A DNA stretch of 64,000 bases, taken from Candidatus Moanibacter sp. Its GTDB lineage: Bacteria; Verrucomicrobiota; Verrucomicrobiia; Opitutales; UBA2987. Below, in pieces: positions 29,678 through 40,716 of the stretch. Position numbers and translations under genes: made by a program. Under the pieces are notes generated by a model. That model searched no databases. It saw only the letters and a list, made by a program, of their open reading frames with translations, and was not told where the DNA came from. The first letter of the stretch is position 1; every line of letters starts with the position of its first letter. Where the stretch lies: contig CBDCEW010000099.1 in the NCBI GenBank assembly GCA_965215885.1, positions 86,742 through 150,741 on the forward strand. Reading direction: 5' to 3'.

Positions 29678-31936
29678 TCATCCCTTATACAGGAGCCAGG
29701 CGGTTGCCAGAACGGAGAGGGGGGACCACTGGTCTGTTTCTTTGGCGACTTGGGCAAGGGCTCGCGCGGCAGGATAGCGATCATTTTCGGCGGCCTCCAG
29801 TTGCTCGATCAGGAACCTGACTATTTGATCGTGATTCTTTTCGCGGAATGCATTGATAGTTGACTGATGGTCTTTCCTCCATGAGTCGGAACGGAAGTCG
29901 AGGTGAGTGTTAAGGCTCGCCCAGGAAGATTGGTCGCTCGTGGAATTAAGCAGCCAATGAACGCGAATCTCGAGCCATTCGCAAAAGGCGCTCATTAATT
30001 CGTAACGGTCTTCCCTGCTTCTCAGACGCAGGAGCGCGTCGAGGGCCAAAACGGCATGTTCGCGAGCATCAAGTTGGAGGAGAGAAAGACAGGCCGCCGA
30101 TACCACGGAAAGATTACGATTTTCTTCCTCTAATATCTTCACGAGCGGGCCTATAGCAGTCTCGTCACCTATTTTTCCGAGCGCTCGAGCGGACATTGCC
30201 CGGACGCGGGGTGGCATTTCCTGAGAGAGTCTCACAACGAGTAATTCAGATGCTGGTATATGTCTTAATTCTCCGAGGGCCCACGCTGTGTGGTCCCAGA
30301 GCGATCGGTGTTCCTCGTCTGCCAGGATAATTGAAAGTTCCTGCCCGGCGAGGGCTGACCCTGTATGGGCGAGACTGCGAATCGATTCCACCTTAACATC
30401 ATATGAGGGGTCGCGCAGCAATTCGAGGAGGGGGTCAATGACCATGGGGTTAGGGTTTGCTCCAAACCAGTGAGCCAGTTCCGCTCTTCGTTCTTTTGCT
30501 TCGTCGTAGACTCGCCGGCTGGCATATACGGTGCGGGCGGGGCTATGGAAAAGGGCTGAGAAGAAATCACTTACTCTGAACCAGGGTCGGAGATTCGGGA
30601 GTCTCTTCGCTATGGGTATGGATACGAGTAATAGGAGAGGAGCCACTACTGCGGCATAGACCTTATACCAGTCGAGATGGATTAAGCCGTTCCAAAGGGG
30701 ATGAATGCCTCCGGGCATGACGATGTGAGTGAGAAAGATGCCGGCGAGGAAGAATACGAGGGCCTGAAAAGTGACCTGCACGACCGAGAATATGTTCATC
30801 GCCTCGAGACTTTCTTCCGGCCGAACGTGATAGTGTTGAATCGACGTCGCGACGGTGAAGATCCCCGATGTTAGAATTCCGTTGGATAAACCAAGAAGGA
30901 GCAAAGCTCCTGTCCCCATCAGCGTCTCCGGATTCAATGTGGACCAGCTGAATCCCACCTCCGAGAAGGGAGGCACGAAAAAGATGATTGGGGTGGCAAC
31001 TGCGGTTAGACTCAGCAGTCCTATGAGCATGGGACGAAAACCAATAGTATCGGCCATTTGCCCCCAGATGTAAAAGAAGAGGACCTGACCCAGCGTAATG
31101 GTGAATATGTAGATAGTGACGAGATTGGCGGGCACCTCAAGGACTTGCCTGAAATAGACGATCGCGAGGGGAAGACTGGCGGCGATCGAGAGTAGCGAAA
31201 CCAGAAGCGGAAGCCGGAGAAGTGGCGAGCTCCTCAGGATATAGAAAAAGGAGCGACGACGAACGGTTTCTTCATTCAAACTTGCAGTATCTGCCTCTGC
31301 GCGGTCCGGTATTCGGCGAATCCAGAAGCAGCTGTTGACGAGTCCAATCAGTGCGATTCCAAGTAAGATCCTGTATTGCTCCTGAGTGATTGTAGCGCCC
31401 ACTACGACGATAATGGCTCCGCTGATAAGCAGGGTCGTAATAGAGAATGAAAACTGTAGACGCCCGAGATATCGACCGCGATTTCTCGTCGTCGTAATAT
31501 CCCGGATGAGGGACGGCCATACAAGATTGATTCCCAATTCCCTGGCAGCGAGAAAAATCATGAGCAGCACTGTCAGGAGGGTGAGGGAGAGGTGCGCATA
31601 TGGCAGGGTTAGAAGGATTACGACTACCACGACCTGTATTATCCTCCCGCTTATAAATGTGCGAATGCGACCAAATCTTCGAACGTGTCTGACAGCAGCG
31701 ATGCGAAGGATGCTCACCAGTGGCACGAGAGCAAAAATTGTCGCTATGCTTAAGGGGTCAAATTTCAGAACATCCGAAGCGAAAAGCATCATGTACTGTC
31801 CCGCCAGGATATTGAATGTGATGGGACCAAACAGACTACTCAGGAGAACGTTCCGCTGGGCATGGCTGCGCTGGGCGGAAGAGAGATCCCTGTCGGGTTC
31901 ATTGGCCGTTTCCGGCTGACTAGTCGATACAGTCAT
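29678..31936 (-). CDS. MFS transporter fused to C-terminal HEAT repeats
   Basis: ~12 TM with 'RGRYLG' and 'WGQMAD.IG.RP'; then PLLELLRD...VK, AWALGEL, ARALGKIGD.TAI.PL. Confidence 0.8.
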   Translation of the reverse strand: MTVSTSQPETANEPDRDLSSAQRSHAQRNVLLSSLFGPITFNILAGQYMMLFASDVLKFDPLSIATIFALVPLVSILRIAAVRHVRRFGRIRTFISGRIIQVVVVVILLTLPYAHLSLTLLTVLLMIFLAARELGINLVWPSLIRDITTTRNRGRYLGRLQFSFSITTLLISGAIIVVVGATITQEQYRILLGIALIGLVNSCFWIRRIPDRAEADTASLNEETVRRRSFFYILRSSPLLRLPLLVSLLSIAASLPLAIVYFRQVLEVPANLVTIYIFTITLGQVLFFYIWGQMADTIGFRPMLIGLLSLTAVATPIIFFVPPFSEVGFSWSTLNPETLMGTGALLLLGLSNGILTSGIFTVATSIQHYHVRPEESLEAMNIFSVVQVTFQALVFFLAGIFLTHIVMPGGIHPLWNGLIHLDWYKVYAAVVAPLLLLVSIPIAKRLPNLRPWFRVSDFFSALFHSPARTVYASRRVYDEAKERRAELAHWFGANPNPMVIDPLLELLRDPSYDVKVESIRSLAHTGSALAGQELSIILADEEHRSLWDHTAWALGELRHIPASELLVVRLSQEMPPRVRAMSARALGKIGDETAIGPLVKILEEENRNLSVVSAACLSLLQLDAREHAVLALDALLRLRSREDRYELMSAFCEWLEIRVHWLLNSTSDQSSWASLNTHLDFRSDSWRKDHQSTINAFREKNHDQIVRFLIEQLEAAENDRYPAARALAQVAKETDQWSPLSVLATAWLLYKG

Positions 31937-31993
31937 TCTTATTGCCGTTGTTTTCGCTGTATGTTTCCCGTAATAATTCTGATTTTAGGAGAG

Positions 31994-32551
31994 ATGATAA
32001 CCAAATTCGGCAGTATTTACGCTGGGCACGTAGACTTGGAGGATATTGGTTTGGAAGGAACTCCGGTAAACGAGCGCTGGCTTTCAGACGAGCATCTGAA
32101 CACCGTATTCGATAAAACGCTGGCCATCGTGCAGGCGATGGACCGTCTTGGGTATGACAGCTTCTGGGGCGCCGAGCATCACTTCCAGCGGGAGGGTTAT
32201 GAATGCACGTCCAACTTGCTCATGCTCTTCGTCCATCTGGCCCATCTTACCAGGAACATCAAACTCGCCTGTGGTTTTAATATTGCCCCGATGTGGCACC
32301 CGCTGCGGCTGGCGGAGGATTATGCCATGGCCGATATCCTGACCGGAGGGCGGGTCATCTTCGGCATCGGTCGCGGATACCACTGCCGCGAAGTCGATAC
32401 TTTTGGAGTCCCGAGCACGATTACCGATTCCGATGCCAACCGAGAGCGTTTTGAGGAACAGGTCGAGATCATCTTTAAGGCTTTTAACAGCCGTTCTTTT
32501 TCACATCACGGCAAATTCTATGACATTCCGCCTCCTGTCCCCTTCAACTGA
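31994..32551 (+). pseudogene. Truncated LLM-class flavin-dependent oxidoreductase (185 aa)
   Basis: RBS AGGAGA; AEHHFQREG, WHPLRLAEDYA..D.LT.GR..FG.GRG; stops about halfway through the barrel. Confidence 0.75.
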
Positions 32552-32568
32552 TTGAATGTTTGGGGAAC

Positions 32569-33555
32569 TCAAAATAGGCCAAGAACCGCGCTGCCGTTCA
32601 GATTTCCGTTGCGCAGATCACCTAAGGCTTCGTTTGCATTTTCCAGTGGATATACTGTGATTTCTGTCTGAATTGGAATTCTGGGTGCGAGAGCGAGGAA
32701 GTCGGTTCCGTCCTGTCGAGTGAGATTGGCGACGGAACGGATGACGCGCTCCTCCCAAAGGTCCTTGTAAGGGAAGCCGGGGATATCGCTCATATGAATT
32801 CCCGCGCAAACGACGGTGCCTCCTTTTCGAACGGCTTTGAGGGCGGCGGGAACGAGTGCGCCGACGGGAGCGAATATGATGGCGGCGTCGAGTAGTTCAG
32901 GAGGTGTTTCTTCGGAATTTCCGGCCCAACTGGCACCGAGGTTGCGCGCGAATTCCTGGCCTTCTCTGTCACCTCTCCGCGTAAAGGCGAAGATTTTTCG
33001 TTCCTCAAACTCTGCCACCTGGGCTATGATATGGGCGGCGGCGCCGAATCCGTAAAGACCGAGGTTTTCGGGATCTCCTGTCATGCGGTAGGCGCGATAA
33101 CCGATGAGCCCGGCGCAGAGGAGAGGGGCAACCTCCAGATCGGAATAGTCATCTGGTAGTGGGAAACAGAAATCCTCATGAGCCACGCAGTATTCGGCGA
33201 AGCCGCCATCTTTCTGATAGCCGGTCAAAATCGGGTCGTCGCACAGATTCTCGCGGTCATCCTTGCAATATCGGCAATGTCCGCAGGCGCCTCCCAACCA
33301 GGGAACCCCCACTCGCTCTCCGATCTGAAAACGCCTTGCTTTGGCACCCAGGCCCTCGACTATCCCGACGATCTGGTGTCCCGGTATCAGAGGTAGCTTC
33401 GGCTCCGTCAACTCCCCGTCGACAATGTGGAGGTCGGTGCGGCAGACGCCGCAGGCGCCGATCATTATAAGAACTTCATCGGGGCCCGGGGTGGGCATCG
33501 CAAGTTCCTGGAGCGCCAATTGCTCCCGGCTGGTTCCTAGTATCATCGCTCTCAT
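32569..33555 (-). CDS. Zinc-dependent alcohol dehydrogenase family protein
   Basis: CGVCRTDLH, PGHQIVG, CGHCRYC....ENLC, APLLCAG, GFGAAAH. Confidence 0.92.
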   Translation of the reverse strand: MRAMILGTSREQLALQELAMPTPGPDEVLIMIGACGVCRTDLHIVDGELTEPKLPLIPGHQIVGIVEGLGAKARRFQIGERVGVPWLGGACGHCRYCKDDRENLCDDPILTGYQKDGGFAEYCVAHEDFCFPLPDDYSDLEVAPLLCAGLIGYRAYRMTGDPENLGLYGFGAAAHIIAQVAEFEERKIFAFTRRGDREGQEFARNLGASWAGNSEETPPELLDAAIIFAPVGALVPAALKAVRKGGTVVCAGIHMSDIPGFPYKDLWEERVIRSVANLTRQDGTDFLALAPRIPIQTEITVYPLENANEALGDLRNGNLNGSAVLGLF

Positions 33556-33753
33556 TCGGTACCCTGTTGGCTCACGGAGTGTGAGGGAGTGAATCGAGCG
33601 GCACAAGACCGGGGCAGCCTCAAAAACGCTAAACGGTTACTACGGCAGAGTTGTTCGACCCGTCGTCGCAACGCTATATCGAGGCAAACAGGCTCAGGTT
33701 ATCCAACGGGGTAGTGGGCGGTTCATAACAGTTGAATTCGGTGGCAATACCGT

Positions 33754-33818
33754 CGAAATGCTCCCGCATTCCGCTACCTTCCGAATCGAAGCACGTAGCG
33801 GAATGCGGGAGCATTTCG
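33754..33818. repeat. GTAG REP doublet (REPIN-like), copy 2
   Basis: cgaaatgctcccgcattccgctac-17nt-gtagcggaatgcgggagcatttcg. Confidence 0.85.
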
Positions 33819-34082
33819 TCCTGATACCGCTGAAGTTTCACCTTGCTTTACGTCTGGGTCTGTTCCCGTGAGGAACACGTTGGCGGCCGAACTGACTTAG
33901 TTTTTTTGTTCGTTATTCGGCGAAATACGAACATAGAAGCTGCGTCACCCCGTCTTGGTGATAGATATGTTGTCCCGCTTGCTCGTCGATCGCAGATTGG
34001 AACTCTCGCGAAATTTCCAGGCCAGTTGCGAGATGTTCATTGCGAAAGGGGAGACAGTTGGTACTATTGGAGTCGCTCATTC

Positions 34083-34568
34083 ATGTCTAGCGGCGAACAT
34101 CTGCTGATCGACGGATTCAATGTAATTCACGCCTGGCCGGAGTTGCGGAAGGCGCTGGAACAGGGGAGTGATGTGGCCCAGCAACGTCTGGCGGATTGCG
34201 TTAGGGTAGTCCACGATTTCGACGGTGTCCGCATGACGATCGTGTTTGACGGTCGTGGCGACGATATCGATATCGAGAGACCGATTGGCGATTTGACGTT
34301 TTCGCATGTTTACGCGCCGGCCGGGTCGAGCGCCGATGCGCTTATTGAGCAGTACGTGTATGGCGCGAAAGCGCCTGAAAAGATAACGGTGGTGACGCGC
34401 GACAATATGATCAGCGAAACTGTGCGGACTCTCGGCGCTTGGGTTATCACACCTGACGACTTGCAAGATCGGGTGGAAAGATGTGAGCAGATGCAGACCG
34501 ACAGTCTGGAGCGACATCGAAAGGAGACAGAGAGGGAGTGGGGGAGAAGGATGAAGGGTGAAGGGTGA
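34083..34568 (+). CDS. NYN domain (YacP/Rae1-like) ribonuclease
   Basis: LLIDGFNVI, IVFDG, SAD.LIE, VVT.D. Confidence 0.85.
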   Translation: MSSGEHLLIDGFNVIHAWPELRKALEQGSDVAQQRLADCVRVVHDFDGVRMTIVFDGRGDDIDIERPIGDLTFSHVYAPAGSSADALIEQYVYGAKAPEKITVVTRDNMISETVRTLGAWVITPDDLQDRVERCEQMQTDSLERHRKETEREWGRRMKGEG

Positions 34569-34600
34569 AGGATGAATGGAAAAGGGGGATTGAGAAGCCG

Positions 34601-35809
34601 ATGCGCAGTGTGATTGTGAAAGCCGGCGAAGTTGCGGAGATTCAGGGATTGTATGGTCCGATTACGGTTTCGGAAAAGCTTCTGCAGAAAATCTGGCTGC
34701 GAGGCGATTTCCGAAAGGAGGGATTGAAGACGGCGGATGGAATGCCGCTGAACATCCTGGCGCCGGGAATTTGGAATCTTCAGGAAGGACCGGATTTCAA
34801 GAATGCGGAATTGGAGGTGGGGGGTGATCGGCTTTTTGGTGATGTCGAGGTGCACTTTTACATGCGTGACTGGTTTCAACACGGACACCATGAGGACACC
34901 GAATTCTGCAGAGTAGTGCTTCATGTGGTTCTTTTTGCTCCAGTAAGGACCGATAAACTGCCGCTTATGGTTCACGGGACGAGCCCGCATAATCTCGTTT
35001 TGTTGCCCTGGCTGCACCAGAATATTGAAGAGTATGCCAATGATGAAGTGCTCCTCGCCCTTGAGGAACGTGATCAGTTGGATGTCGTTCTTCCCCTCTT
35101 GCGGAGTCCTTTACCTGAGCGAAGAAAACTGTTGCGGGAGAAGGCATTGATCCGGTGGGGACAGAAAGTGGCTTATTCCCGACAGCGCATCGAATGCAGC
35201 GGTTGGGAGGAGTCGTGTCATCAGAGTGCTATGGAGGTGCTTGGATACCGGCGTAACCGAGGCCCAATGATTACGTTGGCGACTCGTCATCCGCTCGAAG
35301 AAATAGCCGGTGGAGGGGCCGTAGCTGCGACCTTTTTTGAAGAACTGAAAGGGCATTGGAGATTGGCCGGACTTCGACCACCCAACCATCCACGGAAGCG
35401 ACTGGAACAGTATCTCTTGATGTTGGAGCGGAAGCCGGACTGGCCTGGTGCGCTGATAGATGCCTGCGCAGGATTAAGGACAGGGCCTTCCGGATTTTTC
35501 GAAACCGCTGTTTTCCGCAGGGAAACAGAATTGAGGCACTTCCGGGAATACCTCAATGAACGGGTTGTGGTCGGAGCGATTACGGGTAGTCGATTCGACA
35601 CCTTGGTGTGCGATGCCTTCTTGCCTTTGATCTCGGCGAGGACGGGGAGGGGTCTCTTTGACATCTGGTTTCACTGGTATGGCGGTGATGCGCCGGACGC
35701 GTTGCGAAAGCTCCTCAGACAGGCCGAACTGATCGATGGGAGAGTCTGGCCGGCATCAAACGGCTCTTTCCAGGGCTCTCTCCAGTATCTGATGGGATCG
35801 GGGATGTAG
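34601..35809 (+). CDS. DUF2851 family protein
   Basis: E.LLQ.IW, PG.WN...GPDF, GDVE.H...DW..HGH..D.....V.LHVV, RP.NHP..R. Confidence 0.85.
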   Translation: MRSVIVKAGEVAEIQGLYGPITVSEKLLQKIWLRGDFRKEGLKTADGMPLNILAPGIWNLQEGPDFKNAELEVGGDRLFGDVEVHFYMRDWFQHGHHEDTEFCRVVLHVVLFAPVRTDKLPLMVHGTSPHNLVLLPWLHQNIEEYANDEVLLALEERDQLDVVLPLLRSPLPERRKLLREKALIRWGQKVAYSRQRIECSGWEESCHQSAMEVLGYRRNRGPMITLATRHPLEEIAGGGAVAATFFEELKGHWRLAGLRPPNHPRKRLEQYLLMLERKPDWPGALIDACAGLRTGPSGFFETAVFRRETELRHFREYLNERVVVGAITGSRFDTLVCDAFLPLISARTGRGLFDIWFHWYGGDAPDALRKLLRQAELIDGRVWPASNGSFQGSLQYLMGSGM

Positions 35810-35814
35810 AGAGT

Positions 35815-35864
35815 CGGAGGTATGGAGTGCTGGAGTGTTCGAATGCTGGAATGCTGGGATGTTG
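35815..35864. repeat. Degenerate 8-bp tandem repeat (GGARTGCT-like)
   Basis: ggagtgct ggagtgtt cgaatgct ggaatgct gggatgtt. Confidence 0.7.
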
Positions 35865-35889
35865 AAGGATTTGAGTTTGAGGAGAGTTC

Positions 35890-36597
35890 GTGATGAAGAC
35901 AATATTGATTACGGGAACAAGTCGAGGGTTAGGATTCGAGTTTGTGCGGCAGTATCTCGCTGCCGGCGAGCGAGTCCTAGCCACCTGTCGAAATTCGGCC
36001 AAGGCGGAGGCACTGGAAAATCTGGAGCAGGATTACCCGGAAACGCTTTCTATCTCTGAACTGGATGTCTCCTCAATGGATTCGATCGAAGAGGCAGCGA
36101 AAAGGATCAGGCGTGATTTTTCGGCCATTGATATTTTAATCAATAATGCGGGAGTGGCAGTATGGACACCGTTTGAAAAGCTGACCATGCGTGAGATGGA
36201 GGATGTCATACGAGTGAACACATTGGCGCCCATATTCGTTACTCGGTGTTTTCTCCCCTTGCTCCGAAATGGAAGCAGGAAATTGATTGTAAATATCAGC
36301 TCAGTTATCGGTTCCATTGCACAGATCGAAGCGTTGGGCAACGCTGGTTCACTGCCCTACAATGCGAGCAAAACCGCGCTTAACATGATTGGAAAGATGC
36401 TCGCATTAAGTCTCCGCGAGGAGGGCATCATCGTGCTGCAGCAGGGCCCGGGTTGGGTAAAGACGGAGATGGGTGGTGAGGGGGCCGAAATTATGCCCGA
36501 GGAGTCGATCTCCGCTATGCGTAGGATTTTTGAGCGCGTAACCATTGAGGACTCCGGTCGCTTTCTCAACTGGAATGGTGAGGAGATGCCGTGGTAG
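35890..36597 (+). CDS. SDR oxidoreductase (C-factor/carbonyl reductase-like)
   Basis: TGTSRGLG, NNAG, YNASK, PGWVKT.MGG, F.NW.G..MPW. Confidence 0.9.
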   Translation: MMKTILITGTSRGLGFEFVRQYLAAGERVLATCRNSAKAEALENLEQDYPETLSISELDVSSMDSIEEAAKRIRRDFSAIDILINNAGVAVWTPFEKLTMREMEDVIRVNTLAPIFVTRCFLPLLRNGSRKLIVNISSVIGSIAQIEALGNAGSLPYNASKTALNMIGKMLALSLREEGIIVLQQGPGWVKTEMGGEGAEIMPEESISAMRRIFERVTIEDSGRFLNWNGEEMPW

Positions 36598-36661
36598 ACC
36601 AATTCATGCGCCGTGGGAAGGCTCTCAAATTGGGGAAAGCAAGTGAACCATAAGGAGGTGC

Positions 36662-36690
36662 TTGACAAGGGTTATGAGGGCACCTAATTT
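36662..36690 (+). promoter_or_regulatory. Sigma70-type promoter of the nusA operon
   Basis: TTGACA-17 bp-TAATTT. Confidence 0.6.
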
Positions 36691-36718
36691 GAAGGCTTTC
36701 CAACTTCTCATTAATTTC

Positions 36719-36747
36719 GAGAGTGGGCATTGGCCCGCTTTTTTTTT
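36719..36747 (+). promoter_or_regulatory. rimP/nusA leader terminator-like hairpin
   Basis: GAGAGTGGGC-attg-GCCCGCTTTTTTTTT ahead of nusA. Confidence 0.7.
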
Positions 36748-36773
36748 CAATTCTTGCCATTTAAGAAGGCCTT

Positions 36774-38033
36774 ATGAGCAGCGAGATCCTATCGGTTCTG
36801 GAATACATGGAGAGAGAAAAAGGAATCGCCCGGGAGGAGATGATCGGGACGATTGTCAATGCGATCCGCGGTGCGGCCCAGAAAGGCTTCAACTCGAGCC
36901 AGGAATTAAGAATTGAGATTGACCCAAAGACAGGAGCGCTCAATGCGTGGATGAAGCTACAGGTAGTGGATTCGGTGAGCGATCCCAAGACGGAAATTCA
37001 CCTGGAGAAGGCGCGATTGTACAATAGCAATCCGAAAGTAGGAGATATCGTAGAGAAGGAGATTGATCCTGCCTATTTAGGCCGGATAGCGGCTCAGACG
37101 GCTCGGCAGTCCATAATGCAGCGGCTACGGCAGTATGAGAAGGAGCGGATTTACGATGATTTCAAGGATATGGTGGGCGATATCGTATCGGGAGTCGTGC
37201 GGCGACGCGAGCGAGGAGACTTGATTGTCGACCTCGGAAAAGCGGAAGCGGTGCTCTTGCCGAAAGAGCGAGTGCCGGGTGAGGATTATGCGCCCGGAGA
37301 GCGTATCCGTTGTTTACTTTTGAATATCGATCACACCAATCGAGGACCCGAGCTCATCCTAAGTCGGGCGAGCGTCCGTTTTGTGAGACGTCTTTTTCAA
37401 CTCGAAGTTACGGAAATTGCGGATGGCACGGTTGTGATTGAAGCGATTTCGCGTGAACCGGGGTATCGGACGAAGATCGCAGTTAACAGCAAGGATCCAA
37501 AAGTTGATCCGGTAGGCGCTTGCGTGGGCGCGCGCGGCGCCCGTGTAAAAAGTATTGTGCGTGAACTCGGGGGAGAAAAGATTGATATAATTCGCTATTT
37601 CAGTGATCCTCTTAAGATGCTGGAGGAAGCGATCAGGCCGGCTATACCTCGCAACATTACGATTGATGAGGCTACTCACCGCATTCTCTTCGAGGTATCA
37701 GAGGATGATCTATCGGTGGCGATTGGTCGCCGGGGGCAGAATGCTCGCCTGACCAGCCGGCTCCTGGGTTGGAAACTTGATATTTCAAAGGAAAAGCGTC
37801 TGGACCTCGGATTTGATGAAAGAGTGCAGGCAGCAGTTGCCGGATGGCATGGAGTTCCGGGTATAACCGACGAATCCGGCCAGAAGCTCGTTGAAATCGG
37901 GATTGTTAATCCAGAGGCGTTTGTCGATGTAGAGGTTGCCGATCTTGTCGATGCGGGCTTTACCATGGAAGACGCTACGGAGATAATTGAGCATGTGAAT
38001 GACTACCGAAGCGCACGCAAAATCGATCAGTAA
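36774..38033 (+). CDS. nusA: Transcription termination factor NusA
   Basis: [10 protein letters not shown]1 domain, REPG.RTKIAV, GACVG.RG.RV, AIGR.GQN.RL. Confidence 0.97.
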   Translation: MSSEILSVLEYMEREKGIAREEMIGTIVNAIRGAAQKGFNSSQELRIEIDPKTGALNAWMKLQVVDSVSDPKTEIHLEKARLYNSNPKVGDIVEKEIDPAYLGRIAAQTARQSIMQRLRQYEKERIYDDFKDMVGDIVSGVVRRRERGDLIVDLGKAEAVLLPKERVPGEDYAPGERIRCLLLNIDHTNRGPELILSRASVRFVRRLFQLEVTEIADGTVVIEAISREPGYRTKIAVNSKDPKVDPVGACVGARGARVKSIVRELGGEKIDIIRYFSDPLKMLEEAIRPAIPRNITIDEATHRILFEVSEDDLSVAIGRRGQNARLTSRLLGWKLDISKEKRLDLGFDERVQAAVAGWHGVPGITDESGQKLVEIGIVNPEAFVDVEVADLVDAGFTMEDATEIIEHVNDYRSARKIDQ

Positions 38034-38091
38034 TATGGCATTTAATACGGGTAATCCTGTTTCCCGGCAGGCACGAAATTGAATTCATTCT

Positions 38092-40455
38092 ATGAGCGTC
38101 AGAATCTACCAGCTGTCCAAGCAAGTTGGAATGACCAATTCGGAGTTAATAGAACTCCTGAAGGAGCGTGGCCACGAGGTAAAGACTGCTTCGAGTACGG
38201 TAGATAATATCTCCGCCGAAAGTCTGGTAGAGGAATTTGGAGAACGCGTAGAAAAGGCTCCCGAGCCCGAAACTGTGGAAGCGCCCGTGGAGATTTCGAA
38301 GGCGGGCCTGCCTCCTGGTGTCTTTGTCAAGTCAAAGGAAGAAGCCGATCAGGAGCGTTTGGAGCGCGAGGAGGCAAAAAAGTCGGCTGCGGGGATCATT
38401 AAACCGCCGCAGCCGAAGATTCTTCCGACGGTTTCGCCTGAGCCAATTCAACCTGGCGCACCTCCCTTTCTCCGAATCTCAACAGAGCCGGCATCGACGC
38501 AAGTGCCGCCGGCACCTCTCGTATCGCGAACTTTGTCATTATCGGGGAGCGTGCATTCGGCGGGAATGCCTGCATCAGCACCGCCGAATCCGGCTCAGAC
38601 CGCGGCACCTCCGGCCGTCCAGACAGATGCCGAAGAGGTTTCTGAAGGAGTGGAGGAGACGGCGCCCAAAGACCTGAAGAAACTGCAACTCAAACCGCCG
38701 ATTGTTGTGCGCGATTTTGCCGGTCACCTGGGTCTCAAACCATTCCGTCTCATATCGGAGCTTATGGAGTTAGGCATATTCGCTTCGATGAATCAGGTGG
38801 TCGAAGAGGAAGTCGCGCAAAAACTGGCCCTTAAGCATGGATTTGAACTGGAAGTAAGGCACCGTGGTGAAGGCCAGGTAGAACTGGTTCAGAAGAAGAA
38901 GGAAGAGCCGAAGGAAGATGAGGCGAAATTCCTCGAGCCCCGCCCACCCGTGGTCTGTATTCTTGGGCATGTCGATCATGGTAAGACAACCCTGCTCGAC
39001 ACTATCAGGAAAGCAAACGTGGTCGCCGGGGAAGCGGGTGGCATAACGCAGCATATTGGCGCTTACCAGGTAGAGCACAACGATTACAAGATTACTTTTA
39101 TCGACACCCCGGGACACGCCGCCTTTTCGAAGATGCGGGCACGAGGTGCAAGTGCCACGGATGTGGCGATTCTGGTCGTCGCGGCCGACGATGGATTCAT
39201 GCCCCAGACGGACGAGGCTTTGGGCTACCTACGCAGCGCAGATCTTCCAATAATTGTAGCCGTAAATAAGATCGATACGAAGGGAGCCGATATCGACAGG
39301 GTAAAAAGGCAGATGCAGGAGCGTGAAATCGCCGCGGAAGACTGGGGGGGTGAAACGCTTACCGTACCGATCTCTGCCTTGAATGGAGAGAATATCGACG
39401 AATTGCTTGATAGCATCTTACTACAGGCGGAGATGATGGAAAAGCTTAAGGCAAACCCGAAGTGTCTTCCGGAAGGCGTCGTAATCGAGGCTCAAAAGGA
39501 AGCGGGAAGAGGAGCGACGGCTTCTGTGATAGTGCAGAAAGGCACACTGAAATGTGGCCATACGCTCTTAAGTGGTAGCCACTATTGTAAGGTACGGGCC
39601 ATGACAGATGAAAGTGGGGAAACCGTAAAAAGCGCACCACCTTCCACTCCGGTCAAAGTAATCGGCTGGTCGAGCCCTCCTGATTCGGGTGCGATTTTTC
39701 GGTCTGTTAAGAACGAGAAATTGGCTAAGGGCGAGGCGGAAGAGCATGATCTGCTACAGAGGAGGGAGGATCAGAGACAAGCCCCCAACGAGAAGGATTC
39801 GACACTGGAGGGGTTATTAGCCGCCATTGCGAAAACTCAAAAGAAGGTCTTTCGCGTGGTCTTAAAGGCGGACGTATTTGGTACTGTGGAAGCGCTCGGG
39901 AGTAGCCTTGAAAATATTCAAAGTGAGAGAGTGGAACTGGAGATTGTACAATGTGCGGTTGGGCCGATAAGCAAAAACGACGTGCTTATGGCAAGCGCTT
40001 CCAATGCCGCCATCGTGGGTTTCAACGTCAATTTAGAAGCCGGTGTATCCAGTGAAGCGAAACATCACGGTATCAGCATTTATCTCCACAATGTAATTTA
40101 CGAGTTGATTGAGATAGTTAAGGAAGCGATGGCGGATACGCTCGAAGCGGAGTTGCACGAGATTAAGGTTGGAGCAGCCGATGTGAGGCAGATCTTCCCA
40201 GTCGGAAAGTCCGGTCAGGTGGCGGGATGTATGGTAACAGAGGGACGTATTTCGCGCGACGGCAATGCACGTGTTCTGCGGAACGGAGATGTGCAGGTGG
40301 AGAGCAAGGTGTCTGCATTGAAGAGATTTAAGGAAGACGCGAATGAAGTACGAGCGGGTTATGAGTGTGGTATACGGTTGGACGATTTTGACTCTTTTGA
40401 AGATGGAGACATCATCGAGTGCTTCGAAACAAAGGAAGTGCGTCCATCGCTCTAG
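38092..40455 (+). CDS. infB: Translation initiation factor IF-2
   Basis: [37 protein letters not shown]. Confidence 0.97.
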   Translation: MSVRIYQLSKQVGMTNSELIELLKERGHEVKTASSTVDNISAESLVEEFGERVEKAPEPETVEAPVEISKAGLPPGVFVKSKEEADQERLEREEAKKSAAGIIKPPQPKILPTVSPEPIQPGAPPFLRISTEPASTQVPPAPLVSRTLSLSGSVHSAGMPASAPPNPAQTAAPPAVQTDAEEVSEGVEETAPKDLKKLQLKPPIVVRDFAGHLGLKPFRLISELMELGIFASMNQVVEEEVAQKLALKHGFELEVRHRGEGQVELVQKKKEEPKEDEAKFLEPRPPVVCILGHVDHGKTTLLDTIRKANVVAGEAGGITQHIGAYQVEHNDYKITFIDTPGHAAFSKMRARGASATDVAILVVAADDGFMPQTDEALGYLRSADLPIIVAVNKIDTKGADIDRVKRQMQEREIAAEDWGGETLTVPISALNGENIDELLDSILLQAEMMEKLKANPKCLPEGVVIEAQKEAGRGATASVIVQKGTLKCGHTLLSGSHYCKVRAMTDESGETVKSAPPSTPVKVIGWSSPPDSGAIFRSVKNEKLAKGEAEEHDLLQRREDQRQAPNEKDSTLEGLLAAIAKTQKKVFRVVLKADVFGTVEALGSSLENIQSERVELEIVQCAVGPISKNDVLMASASNAAIVGFNVNLEAGVSSEAKHHGISIYLHNVIYELIEIVKEAMADTLEAELHEIKVGAADVRQIFPVGKSGQVAGCMVTEGRISRDGNARVLRNGDVQVESKVSALKRFKEDANEVRAGYECGIRLDDFDSFEDGDIIECFETKEVRPSL

Positions 40456-40638
40456 GAATCTGTCGGACTTAGCATTCCTAACATCTCCGAGGTGTAGATT
40501 TCATGATGAAAGATCGATATTCAGACCCAGATGAGACCGACAGATTCCTTTCTAGTCCAGGCAAGCCGGGATCGGAAGGAAACCGGGTAAATCCTTCGAA
40601 AAAAGGCATAAAGTCCGATCGCGGCTTTCCGGGACTAG
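40454..40638. mobile_element. GGAATCTGTCGG MITE-like repeat plus extension, copy B, between infB and rbfA
   Basis: Starts at the infB TAG; homologous to 22163-22311; extension bracketed by ctagtcc...ggactag. Confidence 0.7.
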
Positions 40639-40716
40639 GAAGGCATTCGGAAAAACTGAGTCTATTTTGTTCAATGGAGTTTTGCTTTTGCATTTCTCAA
40701 GCTCACTGGAGGAAAC

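Noticed and set aside
32549..32551. Selenocysteine read-through of the LLM TGA
   Set aside because: No LLM-like continuation; the convergent ADH ends 17 bp later.
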